Notes: generated by a model from the sequence alone, not told the origin. Positions 7,932 to 16,994 are shown, counted from the stretch's first letter. The stretch is DNA of 32,000 bases from Candidatus Nitrosopumilus koreensis AR1 (GCF_000299365.1 NC_018655.1:270001-302000); one strand, 5' to 3'. A program made the numbers and translations.

Positions 7932-10900
7932 TGTCCATTCAAGCAGTAAAAGCAATTGACGGAATCAGATTCTCTGTCTGGTCTCCAACTGAAATCAGAA
8001 AATATTCTGTTGCAGAAATCACTGCTCCAGAAACTTATGATGAAGATGGAATGCCTGTTCAAGGAGGTTTGATGGATGGTAGATTGGGAACCCTTGAACC
8101 TGGACAAAAATGTCTTACATGTGGAAACACTGCAGCAAGATGTCCTGGACACTTTGGACACTTGGAATTAGCAGAGCCAGTTTTACACATTGCATTTATT
8201 GATAATATCTACAAATTGTTACAATCAACTTGTCGTTCTTGTGCAAGACTCAAAGTTCCACAAGAAGACTTGGATGTCTTTAAAACAATCAAAGACAAAC
8301 ATGCAGCTTATACTGTAATTTCACAAAAACGCATTCCAGAACAAATCATTGAAAAAGCAAAGAAAGCAAAGGAGTGTCCTCATTGTGGTAAAACACAATA
8401 CGAACTAATCTTTACAAAACCAACTATCTTTGTAGAAAAAACCGAAATTGGAGAACACAGATTACTTCCAATTACAATTAGAGAAAGATTCTCACAAATA
8501 CTTGATGAAGATTTAGAACTTTTATCATATGACCCAATAACTGCAAGACCTGAATGGTTTGTATTACAAGCATTTCCTGTTCCTCCTGTAACTGTCAGAC
8601 CTTCAATCATTTTGGAAACTGGAATTAGATCAGAAGATGACTTGACTCACAAGATGGTAGATATCATCAGAGTCAATCAAAGACTAAAAGAAAGTAAAGA
8701 TGCAGGAACTCCTCCATTAATTGTTCAAGATTTGGTAGACTTGTTACAGTATCATACAACAACATATTTTGATAATGAAGTATCTGGAATTCCACAAGCT
8801 CATCATCGTTCTGGACGTCCTCTCAAAACATTAACTCAACGACTTAAAGGAAAAGAGGGAAGATTCAGAGGATCACTATCTGGAAAGAGAGTTGACTTTT
8901 CAAGCAGAACTGTAATTTCTCCTGATCCTAACTTGGACTTGAGTGAAGTAGGTGTTCCCGAAGTAGTTGCCATGAAACTTACAATTCCTGAAATTGTCAC
9001 AGAATGGAACATTGAAAGAATGAGAAAACTCGTAATTAACGGACCTGAGAAATTCCCAGGAGTTAACTATATTGTCAGACCAGATGGCGTAAAGATTAGA
9101 CTTGATTTTGTAGAGGATCGTTCTACAATTGCTGAAACACTTGAGATTGGTTACTTGGTAGAAAGACATCTTGCAGACGGTGATATTGTCATGTTTAACA
9201 GACAACCATCACTTCACCAGATGTCAATCATGGCACACTATGTACGTGTACTTCCAGGAAAGACATTCAGACTACATCCATCAGTTTGTCCACCATACAA
9301 CGCAGACTTTGATGGTGATGAGATGAACCTTCACGTTCCTCAAAGTGAAGAAGCAAGAGCAGAAGCAATTCTCTTAATGAGAGTTCAAGATCAATTAATC
9401 TCTCCTAGGTACGGTGGACCAATCATTGGTGCACTAAGAGACTTTGTAACTGGTGCATACCTTCTAACTAAAGATGATACTACATTATCTATTCAAGAAT
9501 TCTCAAATCTTGCAATGCTTGGTGGTTATACAGATCCACTACCAAAACCTGCAACTAAAACTAAAGACGGTCCAGCTTACACTGGAAAACAACTCTTCTC
9601 ACTGTTCTTACCAAAAGACTTCAACTATGTCATTACATCAAAATGGTCAAAGGGAACAAAAGGAAAACCAAAGGATGTTGTAATCAAAAACGGTGAACTG
9701 ATCAGTGGTGTTATTGACAAATCTTCAATTGGTGCAGAAGAACCAGAAAGTGTACTTCACAGAATTGCCAAAGACTATGGTAATGCAGTAGGAAAAACTT
9801 TCCTTAACTCTATTCTCATTATGGTAAAACAATTCATCACTCACTATGGATTTAGTTATGGTTATGGTGACCTTATTGTACCTGACAAAGATAAACAACA
9901 GATTCTTGATGACATTCAAGAAACTTATGATATTGTAGATGATTTGACTGATCAATTCAACAAAGGTACATTGAAACTAACAAGAGGTATGAGACCTGAA
10001 GAAGCACTAGAGGCATACATTGTAAACGAGTTAGGTAAAGCCAGGGACAAAGCAGGCTCTACTGCAAACGACTGTCTTCCAGCAGATAATGCCGGAAAAA
10101 TTATGGCTACAACTGGTGCTAGAGGTTCATCACTTAACGTCGGTCAAATGGCAGGTGCACTTGGACAACAGTCAAGAAGAGGTAACAGACTTCATGACGG
10201 TTACAACAACAGAGCCTTGACACACTATCAAGAACATGATAATAATCCTGATGCACACGGATTTGTAAAATCCAATTACAGAGAGGGACTATCTGCCCTT
10301 GAATTCTTCTTCCATGCAATGGGAGGTCGTGAAGGACTGGTAGACACTGCAGTTAGAACACAACAAAGTGGTTACATGCAGCGTAGATTGATCAATGCAT
10401 TAGAACACATTAGATTAGAATATGATGGAACAGTAAGAGATCCACACGGACACATCGTTCAATTCCTTTATGGTGAGGATGGAATTGATGTGCAAAAAAG
10501 TGATCATGGTGAGGCATTTAATCCAAGTAGATTAGTTGAATCTCAAACAATTATTGATTCTGGTAAAAAGGCAACAAAAGAAGAGATTGAAACTTTGGCA
10601 AAGAAATACACAAAGACGTTTAATCCAAGATTAACAACTCTTGTAACTGATGCACTACTAGAATCTGGACTAAGTAAAGATGGTATTGAAACCGTATGTA
10701 AAAAAGGACTGTTACTTTACAACAAAGCAAAAGTGGAACCAGGACAAGCAGTCGGAATCATCACTGCACAATCTATTGGTGAACCCGGTACTCAAATGAC
10801 ACTAAGAACATTCCACTTTGCAGGAATTAAAGAAAGAAACGTTACATTGGGTCTTCCAAGATTAATTGAACTTGTTGATGCAAGAAAGAAACCCGTAACC

Positions 10901-11722
10901 CCAACTATGGACATCTATCTTGATGAGGAATCAAAGAAATCAAGAGAAAAGGCAATTGATGTGGCAAGAAATGTTTTGCAAACCAAAGTCAGTGCATTGA
11001 TTGCAGATAGTGAAACTGATTATGCAACTGAAATTAAATTAGTTCTTAGTGAAAACAGACTCAAAGAGAGAGGTTGCTCAATTGCTGAAGTTGAGGCAGC
11101 ATTATCTTCAAACAAGAAATTCAAACTAGAGACAACTGGTGAATTAATTACTCTAAAACTAGTTGAAGAATCTGATACTGCTACAGCAATTGCAATCAGA
11201 AACAAGGTTCTCAATACTACTGTTAAAGGTGTACCTGACATTGAACGTGTAACACTTGTCCAAAAAGATGACGAGTGGGTAATCCAGACAACTGGTTCTA
11301 ATGTTGCAAAGGTCTTAGAGGTAAAAGGAATCGATAAGAAAAATGTTAGGACAAACAACGTCTTTGAAATTGCCGGAACGCTTGGAATAGAGGCTGCAAG
11401 AAATTCATTAATCAATGAACTTAACAGCACACTAGAAGATCAGGGACTTGAAGTAGACAATAGATACATTATGTTAGTTGCTGATTTGATGTGTTCACGT
11501 GGTTATATGCAACAAATCGGAAGACACGGAATTGCTGGAACCAAAGACAGTGTCTTGGCAAGAGCCGCATTTGAGATTACTGTTCCAACAATTGCACATG
11601 CTGCACTTGGAGGAGAAATTGAACAACTCAAAGGTATTACTGAGAACGTAATTGTTGGAAGTAACATTCCAATTGGAAGTGGTACAGTTGATTTGTACAT
11701 GCAAGTAAGCAAGAAGAAATAA
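7931..11722 (+). CDS. rpoA: DNA-directed RNA polymerase subunit A (A' and A'' fused in one ORF)
   Basis: 1263 aa. It contains the active-site motif NADFDGDEMN (A' part) and the trigger-loop region GEPGTQMTLRTFHFAG (A'' part) in one frame. The start overlaps the rpoB stop (TAATG), and AGGAG lies 10 nt upstream. Confidence 0.97.
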   Translation: MSIQAVKAIDGIRFSVWSPTEIRKYSVAEITAPETYDEDGMPVQGGLMDGRLGTLEPGQKCLTCGNTAARCPGHFGHLELAEPVLHIAFIDNIYKLLQSTCRSCARLKVPQEDLDVFKTIKDKHAAYTVISQKRIPEQIIEKAKKAKECPHCGKTQYELIFTKPTIFVEKTEIGEHRLLPITIRERFSQILDEDLELLSYDPITARPEWFVLQAFPVPPVTVRPSIILETGIRSEDDLTHKMVDIIRVNQRLKESKDAGTPPLIVQDLVDLLQYHTTTYFDNEVSGIPQAHHRSGRPLKTLTQRLKGKEGRFRGSLSGKRVDFSSRTVISPDPNLDLSEVGVPEVVAMKLTIPEIVTEWNIERMRKLVINGPEKFPGVNYIVRPDGVKIRLDFVEDRSTIAETLEIGYLVERHLADGDIVMFNRQPSLHQMSIMAHYVRVLPGKTFRLHPSVCPPYNADFDGDEMNLHVPQSEEARAEAILLMRVQDQLISPRYGGPIIGALRDFVTGAYLLTKDDTTLSIQEFSNLAMLGGYTDPLPKPATKTKDGPAYTGKQLFSLFLPKDFNYVITSKWSKGTKGKPKDVVIKNGELISGVIDKSSIGAEEPESVLHRIAKDYGNAVGKTFLNSILIMVKQFITHYGFSYGYGDLIVPDKDKQQILDDIQETYDIVDDLTDQFNKGTLKLTRGMRPEEALEAYIVNELGKARDKAGSTANDCLPADNAGKIMATTGARGSSLNVGQMAGALGQQSRRGNRLHDGYNNRALTHYQEHDNNPDAHGFVKSNYREGLSALEFFFHAMGGREGLVDTAVRTQQSGYMQRRLINALEHIRLEYDGTVRDPHGHIVQFLYGEDGIDVQKSDHGEAFNPSRLVESQTIIDSGKKATKEEIETLAKKYTKTFNPRLTTLVTDALLESGLSKDGIETVCKKGLLLYNKAKVEPGQAVGIITAQSIGEPGTQMTLRTFHFAGIKERNVTLGLPRLIELVDARKKPVTPTMDIYLDEESKKSREKAIDVARNVLQTKVSALIADSETDYATEIKLVLSENRLKERGCSIAEVEAALSSNKKFKLETTGELITLKLVEESDTATAIAIRNKVLNTTVKGVPDIERVTLVQKDDEWVIQTTGSNVAKVLEVKGIDKKNVRTNNVFEIAGTLGIEAARNSLINELNSTLEDQGLEVDNRYIMLVADLMCSRGYMQQIGRHGIAGTKDSVLARAAFEITVPTIAHAALGGEIEQLKGITENVIVGSNIPIGSGTVDLYMQVSKKK

Positions 11723-11726
11723 CTGG

Positions 11727-11963
11727 ATGATAATTATGGCAGATGAAATCTCAACATTAATGGCAAACTCCAAAGACAAAGTTGTATTGCTTCGATTACG
11801 AAACAACAAGACCATTCAAGGAGTACTGCAAGACTTTGACATCCACATGAATCTTACACTAGAAAATGCTGAAGATGTTTCTGAAGAAAAACCTGATCCT
11901 CTGGGCAAAGTACTGCTTCGTGGAGATAATATTTTGGCAATATCTTTGCCTGACGAAGAATAA
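11727..11963 (+). CDS. Sm-like (LSm/SmAP) RNA-binding protein
   Basis: 78 aa with Sm1/Sm2-like segments (VLLRLRNNKTIQGVLQDFDIHMNLTLENAE ... VLLRGDNILAISL). An alternative start is ATG 11736 (MADEIS), preceded by GGATGA. Confidence 0.85.
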   Translation: MIIMADEISTLMANSKDKVVLLRLRNNKTIQGVLQDFDIHMNLTLENAEDVSEEKPDPLGKVLLRGDNILAISLPDEE

Positions 11964-12004
11964 GCCTAACAACCCATAAATCCTAAACTGTTTTATGAAC
12001 AGTA

Positions 12005-13183
12005 TTGCTTGATTTTTTGTTTTTGATTTTTATTCTGCCATTTGCTGCAGCTCAAGAGATTCCAGACTATGAAAACCCATATGCTCCTATATTTTTTGAC
12101 AGACCCATCTACTCTTGGACTGATAAAATCAAAATCCAAATAATTGCCCCTAGCTGGAATACTGACAACGATTTGATTGATTCAATTGGAGGTAACAGTG
12201 ATAACCCAATAAAAATTTCCACGCGAAGTCATTCACTGGAATCTTACAGACTCACTGAGACAGATGTCTCCAGTGGGATATTTGCAGGTGAGGTGATTCT
12301 TACTGGATTTTTACATGACGCAGACGGTGATGGTAACTATGATACAACTCCTAGAACTGCAGGTAGTGGTCCTACAAGTGGGTTTTTGGAAGTTGAAAGA
12401 GACTCTGCAGTTACCGTATCCTTTGAATTTGCCGACGGTGTGGTGTTATCTGAATCAGTCCCAATATCTTGGAATCTTGGGTCAGTTGAATTTACAAATG
12501 ATATCTTCTTTCCTGAAGACTCTGTGACAGTTAGAGTGATTGATCCTGACATGAATCTCAACCCCGAAGCAATTGATCAAATTACTCTTGAGGTTTTTTC
12601 AGACTCTGATGTAGGCGGAATTACTGCAAACGCAATAGAGACATCTGAGGCCTCTGGCTCTTTTACTGCTACAATATCTTTGACTAAAAACTCTGCATCT
12701 AGTGGAAACAGGCTGTATGCAATTCCTGGTGATGAGATTACTGCAAAATACAATGATCATACTTTGCCAAAACCTTATTCAGAATCTGATAACTTGGAAA
12801 TCCGAGATAGTTCTAGATTAGAGTCGCCTGTTCCTCCAACCCAACGGCTGCAAAATACTGCAATCAATATTTCTAATAGTTTTGGAAAAACCATGCAATC
12901 CATATCTTCAAATCAACAAATACAGATTGTTGGAAGCATATCAAACATGCAAGAATATGATCAAACGTTTGTTTACCTATTTCAAGTAAAGAACTCTCAA
13001 GATTCTGTGGAATCGCTTTCTTGGATTCAGGGGCAGTTGTCATCCGGACAAAACCTTGATGTATCTCAATCATGGATCCCAAAAAGATCTGGAAACTACA
13101 CCATTGAGACATTTGTTTGGACCTCATTGAATGACCCAATGGTATTGTCAAATGCTATGATGAGATCAATTTCAGTGACATGA
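12005..13183 (+). CDS. Secreted protein with repeated beta-sandwich-like domains (function unknown)
   Basis: 392-aa ORF with a TTG start (no ATG available) and a hydrophobic N-terminus, MLDFLFLIFILPFAAAQE. It contains the motif VRVIDPDMNLNPEAIDQITLEVFSDSD...ETSEASGSFTATISL, which resembles surface-protein repeats. It has no C-terminal anchor. Confidence 0.7.
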   Translation: MLDFLFLIFILPFAAAQEIPDYENPYAPIFFDRPIYSWTDKIKIQIIAPSWNTDNDLIDSIGGNSDNPIKISTRSHSLESYRLTETDVSSGIFAGEVILTGFLHDADGDGNYDTTPRTAGSGPTSGFLEVERDSAVTVSFEFADGVVLSESVPISWNLGSVEFTNDIFFPEDSVTVRVIDPDMNLNPEAIDQITLEVFSDSDVGGITANAIETSEASGSFTATISLTKNSASSGNRLYAIPGDEITAKYNDHTLPKPYSESDNLEIRDSSRLESPVPPTQRLQNTAINISNSFGKTMQSISSNQQIQIVGSISNMQEYDQTFVYLFQVKNSQDSVESLSWIQGQLSSGQNLDVSQSWIPKRSGNYTIETFVWTSLNDPMVLSNAMMRSISVT

Positions 13184-13238
13184 AAAGTATCAATCATACG
13201 TGATTATTAAATAGAAAATTACATGTTTTTTTGTTGTG

Positions 13239-14876
13239 ATGCGCATTATCCTAGGGATAACTCTAGTGCTAGCAACATTTGCTCCGCTTACATTCTCTGA
13301 TATCTTTGCTGATTCATTTAATGTGAGTTTTGACAAGGATAGTTATCATACTGGTGATGCACTTGTCATATCAGGTCAGATAATTGATTTTGGGATGCCC
13401 ATCATTGCAATGAGTGTATTTGATCCTACCGGACAAATTCTTTCTGCAAATAACTTGGAACTTTCATCAGATGGCAGCTTCTCAAAAACCATTTCACTAT
13501 ATTCTCCGTTTTATGAAATCACTGGGAAATATCTCGTAAAACTTGACTATGGTAAAGTTACTGAAGAGCATACCTTTGTCATAGAGGGTGATGTAGTAGA
13601 ACCAGAAACTGCACCACAAGAGGATGTAGTGCCTGAAATCACATCTCTATATACTGAAAAAGATCATTATTTTGATAATGACACAATCCAAATTTTTGGT
13701 TCTGTGTCATCTTTGGACTCTCCTACAGTTCTAATTGGTATTCATGATCCATTTGGTTCTCCTGCTGGATTTTATTTTGGAAACATAAACAATAACTTGG
13801 AATTTTCTACAAGCTTTCTTGTTAAGGACGGTGTAAATTTTAAATCTGAAGGAACTTACTCAATTAAAGCTCATTATGCAGAGACAACTACAGAACATTT
13901 TTTTGAATACTCTGCAAATCCTCCTGTTTCAGAAGAACCTGTTGAAGATACCGCTGAGGAAACAACAGAAACAGTTGAAGAAACAGTTGAAGAAACAATT
14001 GAAGAAACAATTAAAGAAACAGTAGCAACAACTGAAACAGAAACAGTTGAAGAAACAGTTGAAGAAACAGTTGAAGAAACAATTGAACCAACTAAAACAG
14101 TAAAAACAACTGAACAAACTGAAGAAACAATTGAACCTGTTGATGATGTGATTGATGAAATAGTTTCTCAAAAAGAAACAGTAACAAATGATGATGGAGA
14201 AACTAAAACAAAAATTGTTTCAAAAGAAACAACAAAAAATAATGCTCCAAAAGATAACATTCTAAAAAATAAAGAATATGATAATCTATCTGTTGAGGAT
14301 ATTGAACTTGGAAAATTACTAAATCAAATTAATCTAAAATGTGATACTAGTACTTTTGTTGATACTATCTCTTATTATGACGGAATGGGACCTGCACTTT
14401 ACAGATTATGTCAGTTTAATGATTCATTGGAATTTTTTAACAAATCTTTAATTGAAAATCCTGATGATGTAGAAATTCTTGTAAACAAAGGCTCTACATT
14501 AGGAAAGATTGGATATGTCTCAGAAGCAATAGCATATTATGATCATGCTATTGCCCTTGACCCTAATTACTTGCCTGCCAAAAATAACAAGGCAAACGCC
14601 TTGGCAAATCTTGGAAATCTAGATGAAGCAATTTTACTTTACAATGAAATCCTTGACTATAATCCAAATTATTACACTGCAAGAACAAATCTTGATACTG
14701 CATTATCCTTCAAATACGAAAATTCAGAATCATCAGAAGTGATTAATGTATCTGAATATGAAATTCAAAATTCATTTAACGAAAAATCTTCATTTGAAAA
14801 TACAAAAGAAAAACCATCTAACATTTTTGAAGAATTAACTCGCGTCTTTTCATCTTTGTTTGGATTTGCTGAATGA
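13239..14876 (+). CDS. Secreted multidomain protein: two PEFG-family modules, acidic EETV/I repeat and C-terminal TPR repeats
   Basis: Signal peptide MRIILGITLVLATFAPLTFSDIFA. Two modules match the pattern of the 1-4219 paralogs (FDKDSYHTGDALVISGQI...DGSFSKTISL...GKYLVKLDYG and TEKDHYFDNDTIQIFGSV...EGTYSIKAHY). TPR-like repeats follow (AIAYYDHAIALDPNYLPAKNNKANALANLGNLDEAILLYNEILDYNPNY). The track start GTG 13236 is immediately followed by ATG 13239. Confidence 0.8.
   Translation: MRIILGITLVLATFAPLTFSDIFADSFNVSFDKDSYHTGDALVISGQIIDFGMPIIAMSVFDPTGQILSANNLELSSDGSFSKTISLYSPFYEITGKYLVKLDYGKVTEEHTFVIEGDVVEPETAPQEDVVPEITSLYTEKDHYFDNDTIQIFGSVSSLDSPTVLIGIHDPFGSPAGFYFGNINNNLEFSTSFLVKDGVNFKSEGTYSIKAHYAETTTEHFFEYSANPPVSEEPVEDTAEETTETVEETVEETIEETIKETVATTETETVEETVEETVEETIEPTKTVKTTEQTEETIEPVDDVIDEIVSQKETVTNDDGETKTKIVSKETTKNNAPKDNILKNKEYDNLSVEDIELGKLLNQINLKCDTSTFVDTISYYDGMGPALYRLCQFNDSLEFFNKSLIENPDDVEILVNKGSTLGKIGYVSEAIAYYDHAIALDPNYLPAKNNKANALANLGNLDEAILLYNEILDYNPNYYTARTNLDTALSFKYENSESSEVINVSEYEIQNSFNEKSSFENTKEKPSNIFEELTRVFSSLFGFAE
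13955..14135 (+). repeat. In-frame 12-nt tandem repeat (gaagaaacaGTT / gaagaaacaATT) encoding (EETV/EETI)n
   Basis: Runs such as gaagaaacagttgaagaaacagttgaagaaacaattgaagaaacaatt occur in two blocks separated by gtagcaacaactgaaacagaaaca. Confidence 0.9.
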
Positions 14877-14890
14877 TCTTTCTTTTTTGT
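14877..14890 (+). terminator. Oligo-T tract after the TPR protein gene
   Basis: tctttcttttttgt starts immediately after the TGA at 14874-14876. A TATA-like CCTATAAAG box follows at 14912-14920. Confidence 0.4.
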
Positions 14891-14950
14891 GTGCGTAATT
14901 TTTCCATAAACCTATAAAGCCCTGTTGAGACGATGCTGATAAGGAAAAAC

Positions 14951-15274
14951 ATGAGTAAGATACTTGAGAAATCTTTGAAAGATGCCCACAAAGAAGGCAA
15001 GTTAACAATGGGTACTAAACAAGTTTTAAACTCTGTAAAAAATTCCAAGCTAATTGTATTGTCTCAATCTGTAGGAAAAGAAACAGTTGAGCAAATTGAA
15101 TCAGATGCAAAAAAAGAAAAAATACCTTTAGTAAACTTTCAAGGAACTTCAGTCGCATTGGGCAAATTATGTGGCTTGCAATTTAGAATTTCAACAATTT
15201 CATTTACATCAATCGATGACGCAAACATCAAATCAATTTTAAAAGATACAGAAGCTGAGGAAAAAAATGATTAG
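14951..15274 (+). CDS. rpl30e: 50S ribosomal protein L30e
   Basis: The sequence LEKSLKDAHKEGKLTMGTKQVLNSVKNSKLIVLSQS...IPLVNFQGTSVALGKLCG fits the L30e/L7Ae fold family, and the gene sits at the conserved operon position. I prefer ATG 14951 over 14933 because 14933 is only about 19 nt from the TATA-like box at 14912-14920. Confidence 0.85.
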   Translation: MSKILEKSLKDAHKEGKLTMGTKQVLNSVKNSKLIVLSQSVGKETVEQIESDAKKEKIPLVNFQGTSVALGKLCGLQFRISTISFTSIDDANIKSILKDTEAEEKND

Positions 15275-15328
15275 ATATACTATTGAAAGTTTAAATGAGA
15301 CATTTTTTGTTTGGAGGCATTAACAATT

Positions 15329-15793
15329 ATGACACAATCAATCAAACTAACAACGGATCAAATGCGTATGATGTCTTTGTTCCAAAATGTTACTGGTGCA
15401 ACAGCACGTGATTGTGTCGAAGATGAAAAACAAGATAGAGTAATTTTTGTAGTTAACACAGGAAAGATGGGACTTGCAATTGGTAAAGGTGGCATGCATA
15501 TCAAATCATTACAGAACATTGTAAAGAGAAATGTTGAACTAGTTGAATTTGACGATGATCCGGCAAAATTTTTGTCTAATTTGCTTAATTCTAAACTGGT
15601 ATCTGAAGTAAAAATAAATACACGAACAGATGGGACAAAACAGGCAATCGTTATGGTAGACCCAAGAAAGAAAGGAATTGTTGTAGGAAGAGAGGGCAGA
15701 AATGCTGAGAAGGCAAGAATGCTTGCAAAACGATATTTTGATATTACTAGTGTCTTGATTAACAGTCCTGAAAGACAAACTATGGAGATGTAA
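15329..15793 (+). CDS. nusA: Archaeal NusA-like transcription termination/antitermination protein (two KH domains)
   Basis: KH GXXG motifs occur twice (AIGKGGMHIK and VVGREGRNAE). The gene is at the conserved position between rpl30e and rps12. I prefer ATG 15329, with GGAGG 11 nt upstream, over the track's TTG 15311. Confidence 0.85.
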   Translation: MTQSIKLTTDQMRMMSLFQNVTGATARDCVEDEKQDRVIFVVNTGKMGLAIGKGGMHIKSLQNIVKRNVELVEFDDDPAKFLSNLLNSKLVSEVKINTRTDGTKQAIVMVDPRKKGIVVGREGRNAEKARMLAKRYFDITSVLINSPERQTMEM

Positions 15794-15796
15794 AAT

Positions 15797-16234
15797 ATGA
15801 GAAAATCACCACTTGGATTATTTGCAGGCAGAGTTCTAACTGCCAAAAAGAAAAGGCAGAGATGGGCTATCTCTACTTACAAAAGGAGAGAATTAGGTAT
15901 TGATAAAAAAGCAGACCCACTTGGTGGTGCTCCCCAAGCAAGAGGAATTGTTTTAGAAAAAGTTGGAGTTGCAGCAAAACAGCCAAACTCTGCAATTAGA
16001 AAATGTGTTCGTGTTCAATTAATTAAAAATGGTAAATCAGTTACCGCATTCTTGCCAAGAGATGGTGCAATGAACTTTATTGATGAACACGACGAAGTTC
16101 ACATTCAAGGAATGGGTGCAACTCAAGGTGGTGCAATGGGTGATATTCCTGGTGTTAGATTCAAAGTATTCAAAGTAAACGGAACTTCTCTTCATGAACT
16201 AGTTATTGGAAAGAAGGAGAAACCAAGGAGATAG
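15797..16234 (+). CDS. rps12: 30S ribosomal protein S12 (uS12)
   Basis: The core [30 protein letters not shown] is typical of uS12. 145 aa. Confidence 0.95.
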   Translation: MRKSPLGLFAGRVLTAKKKRQRWAISTYKRRELGIDKKADPLGGAPQARGIVLEKVGVAAKQPNSAIRKCVRVQLIKNGKSVTAFLPRDGAMNFIDEHDEVHIQGMGATQGGAMGDIPGVRFKVFKVNGTSLHELVIGKKEKPRR

Positions 16235-16238
16235 AAAC

Positions 16239-16838
16239 ATGGCACAAACAAAAAACTTGTTATTATTTAGAAAATGGGATTTATCTGATATTGAAGTCAA
16301 AGACCCAGGTCTTAAAACTGCAATCTCTCTGAAAAAACAAATCTTACCATACACCTTTGGTCGTTCTGCACTCAAAAGATTCAACAAAGCAGATGTCAAT
16401 ATTGTCGAGAGACTAATCAACAAGACAATGCATTTTGGTAAAAAATATGCAAAGAACACCGGTAGAATGACTGGAAAGAAAACCAAAGTTCTCAATACCG
16501 TTAGAACTGCATTTACAATTATTGAACTAAAAACTGGCAAAAACCCAGTGGAAGTGCTAGTTAGAGCAGTTGAAAACTCAGCTCCTAATGAAGACACAAC
16601 CAGAATTGTATACGGTGGTACTGTTTATCACGTATCAGTTGATGTTGCACCAATCAGACGAGTTGACTTGGCTTTGAGATTCATTGCTGATGCAATCAAG
16701 GAATCAACATTTTCAAATCCAAAACCAATAGAAGAGCATATGGCAGAACACCTAATCTTGGCTGCAGAAAATGATCCTAACGCTCCTTCTGTAAAGAAGA
16801 AGAATGAGCTAGAAAGAATCGCACAAGCATCAAGATAG
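16239..16838 (+). CDS. rps7: 30S ribosomal protein S7 (uS7)
   Basis: uS7-like sequence at the conserved position after rps12. I prefer ATG 16239 (MAQTKN), with AGGAG 9 nt upstream, over the overlapping track start at 16206. Confidence 0.93.
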   Translation: MAQTKNLLLFRKWDLSDIEVKDPGLKTAISLKKQILPYTFGRSALKRFNKADVNIVERLINKTMHFGKKYAKNTGRMTGKKTKVLNTVRTAFTIIELKTGKNPVEVLVRAVENSAPNEDTTRIVYGGTVYHVSVDVAPIRRVDLALRFIADAIKESTFSNPKPIEEHMAEHLILAAENDPNAPSVKKKNELERIAQASR

Positions 16839-16857
16839 AACTTTTAGAATATTCCAG

Positions 16858-16948
16858 TAGCCCGAGGCAGATTCGAACTGCCGTCTCCGCCTATATCCAC
16901 TTTGTGAGATCCAGAGGGCAGAATCCTTGACCGCTAGACTATCGGGCT
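16858..16948 (-). tRNA. tRNA-Gln (anticodon CUG) with an 18-nt intron at the canonical 37/38 position
   Basis: Hand-folded cloverleaf on the minus strand. Acceptor stem AGCCCGA/TCGGGCT, D stem GTCT/GGAT with loop AGCGGTCAA, anticodon stem CTGCC/GGCGG, loop CT-CTG-G[intron ATCTCACAAAGTGGATAT]A, variable loop AGAC, T arm GGCAG-TTCGAAT-CTGCC, discriminator A. CCA is not encoded. The intron occupies plus-strand 16893-16910. Confidence 0.85.
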
Positions 16949-16994
16949 ACTTGAAAGAAATTTTGAATGTTTAGAATATAATCATTTGTTGTAA

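Noticed and set aside
5350-11815. Numerous 60-136 aa ORFs on both strands inside rpoB and rpoA (e.g. 5350-5553, 7778-8161, 11020-11430, 11495-11815)
   Set aside because: They are fully nested in or antisense to highly conserved RNAP genes and have no independent signals. The same applies to nested ORFs in nusA (15358-15846), rps7 (16199-16597), the FAD oxidoreductase, leuS and alaS.
13955-14135. Checked whether any repeat array in the window could be a CRISPR
   Set aside because: The only regular short-period repeat is the 12-nt coding repeat, which has no spacers. No repeat-spacer architecture was seen anywhere.
13929-14171. 80-aa minus-strand ORF rich in FFNCF repeats
   Set aside because: It is an artefact of the 12-nt tandem repeat read in antisense. 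It lies entirely inside a well-supported plus-strand gene.
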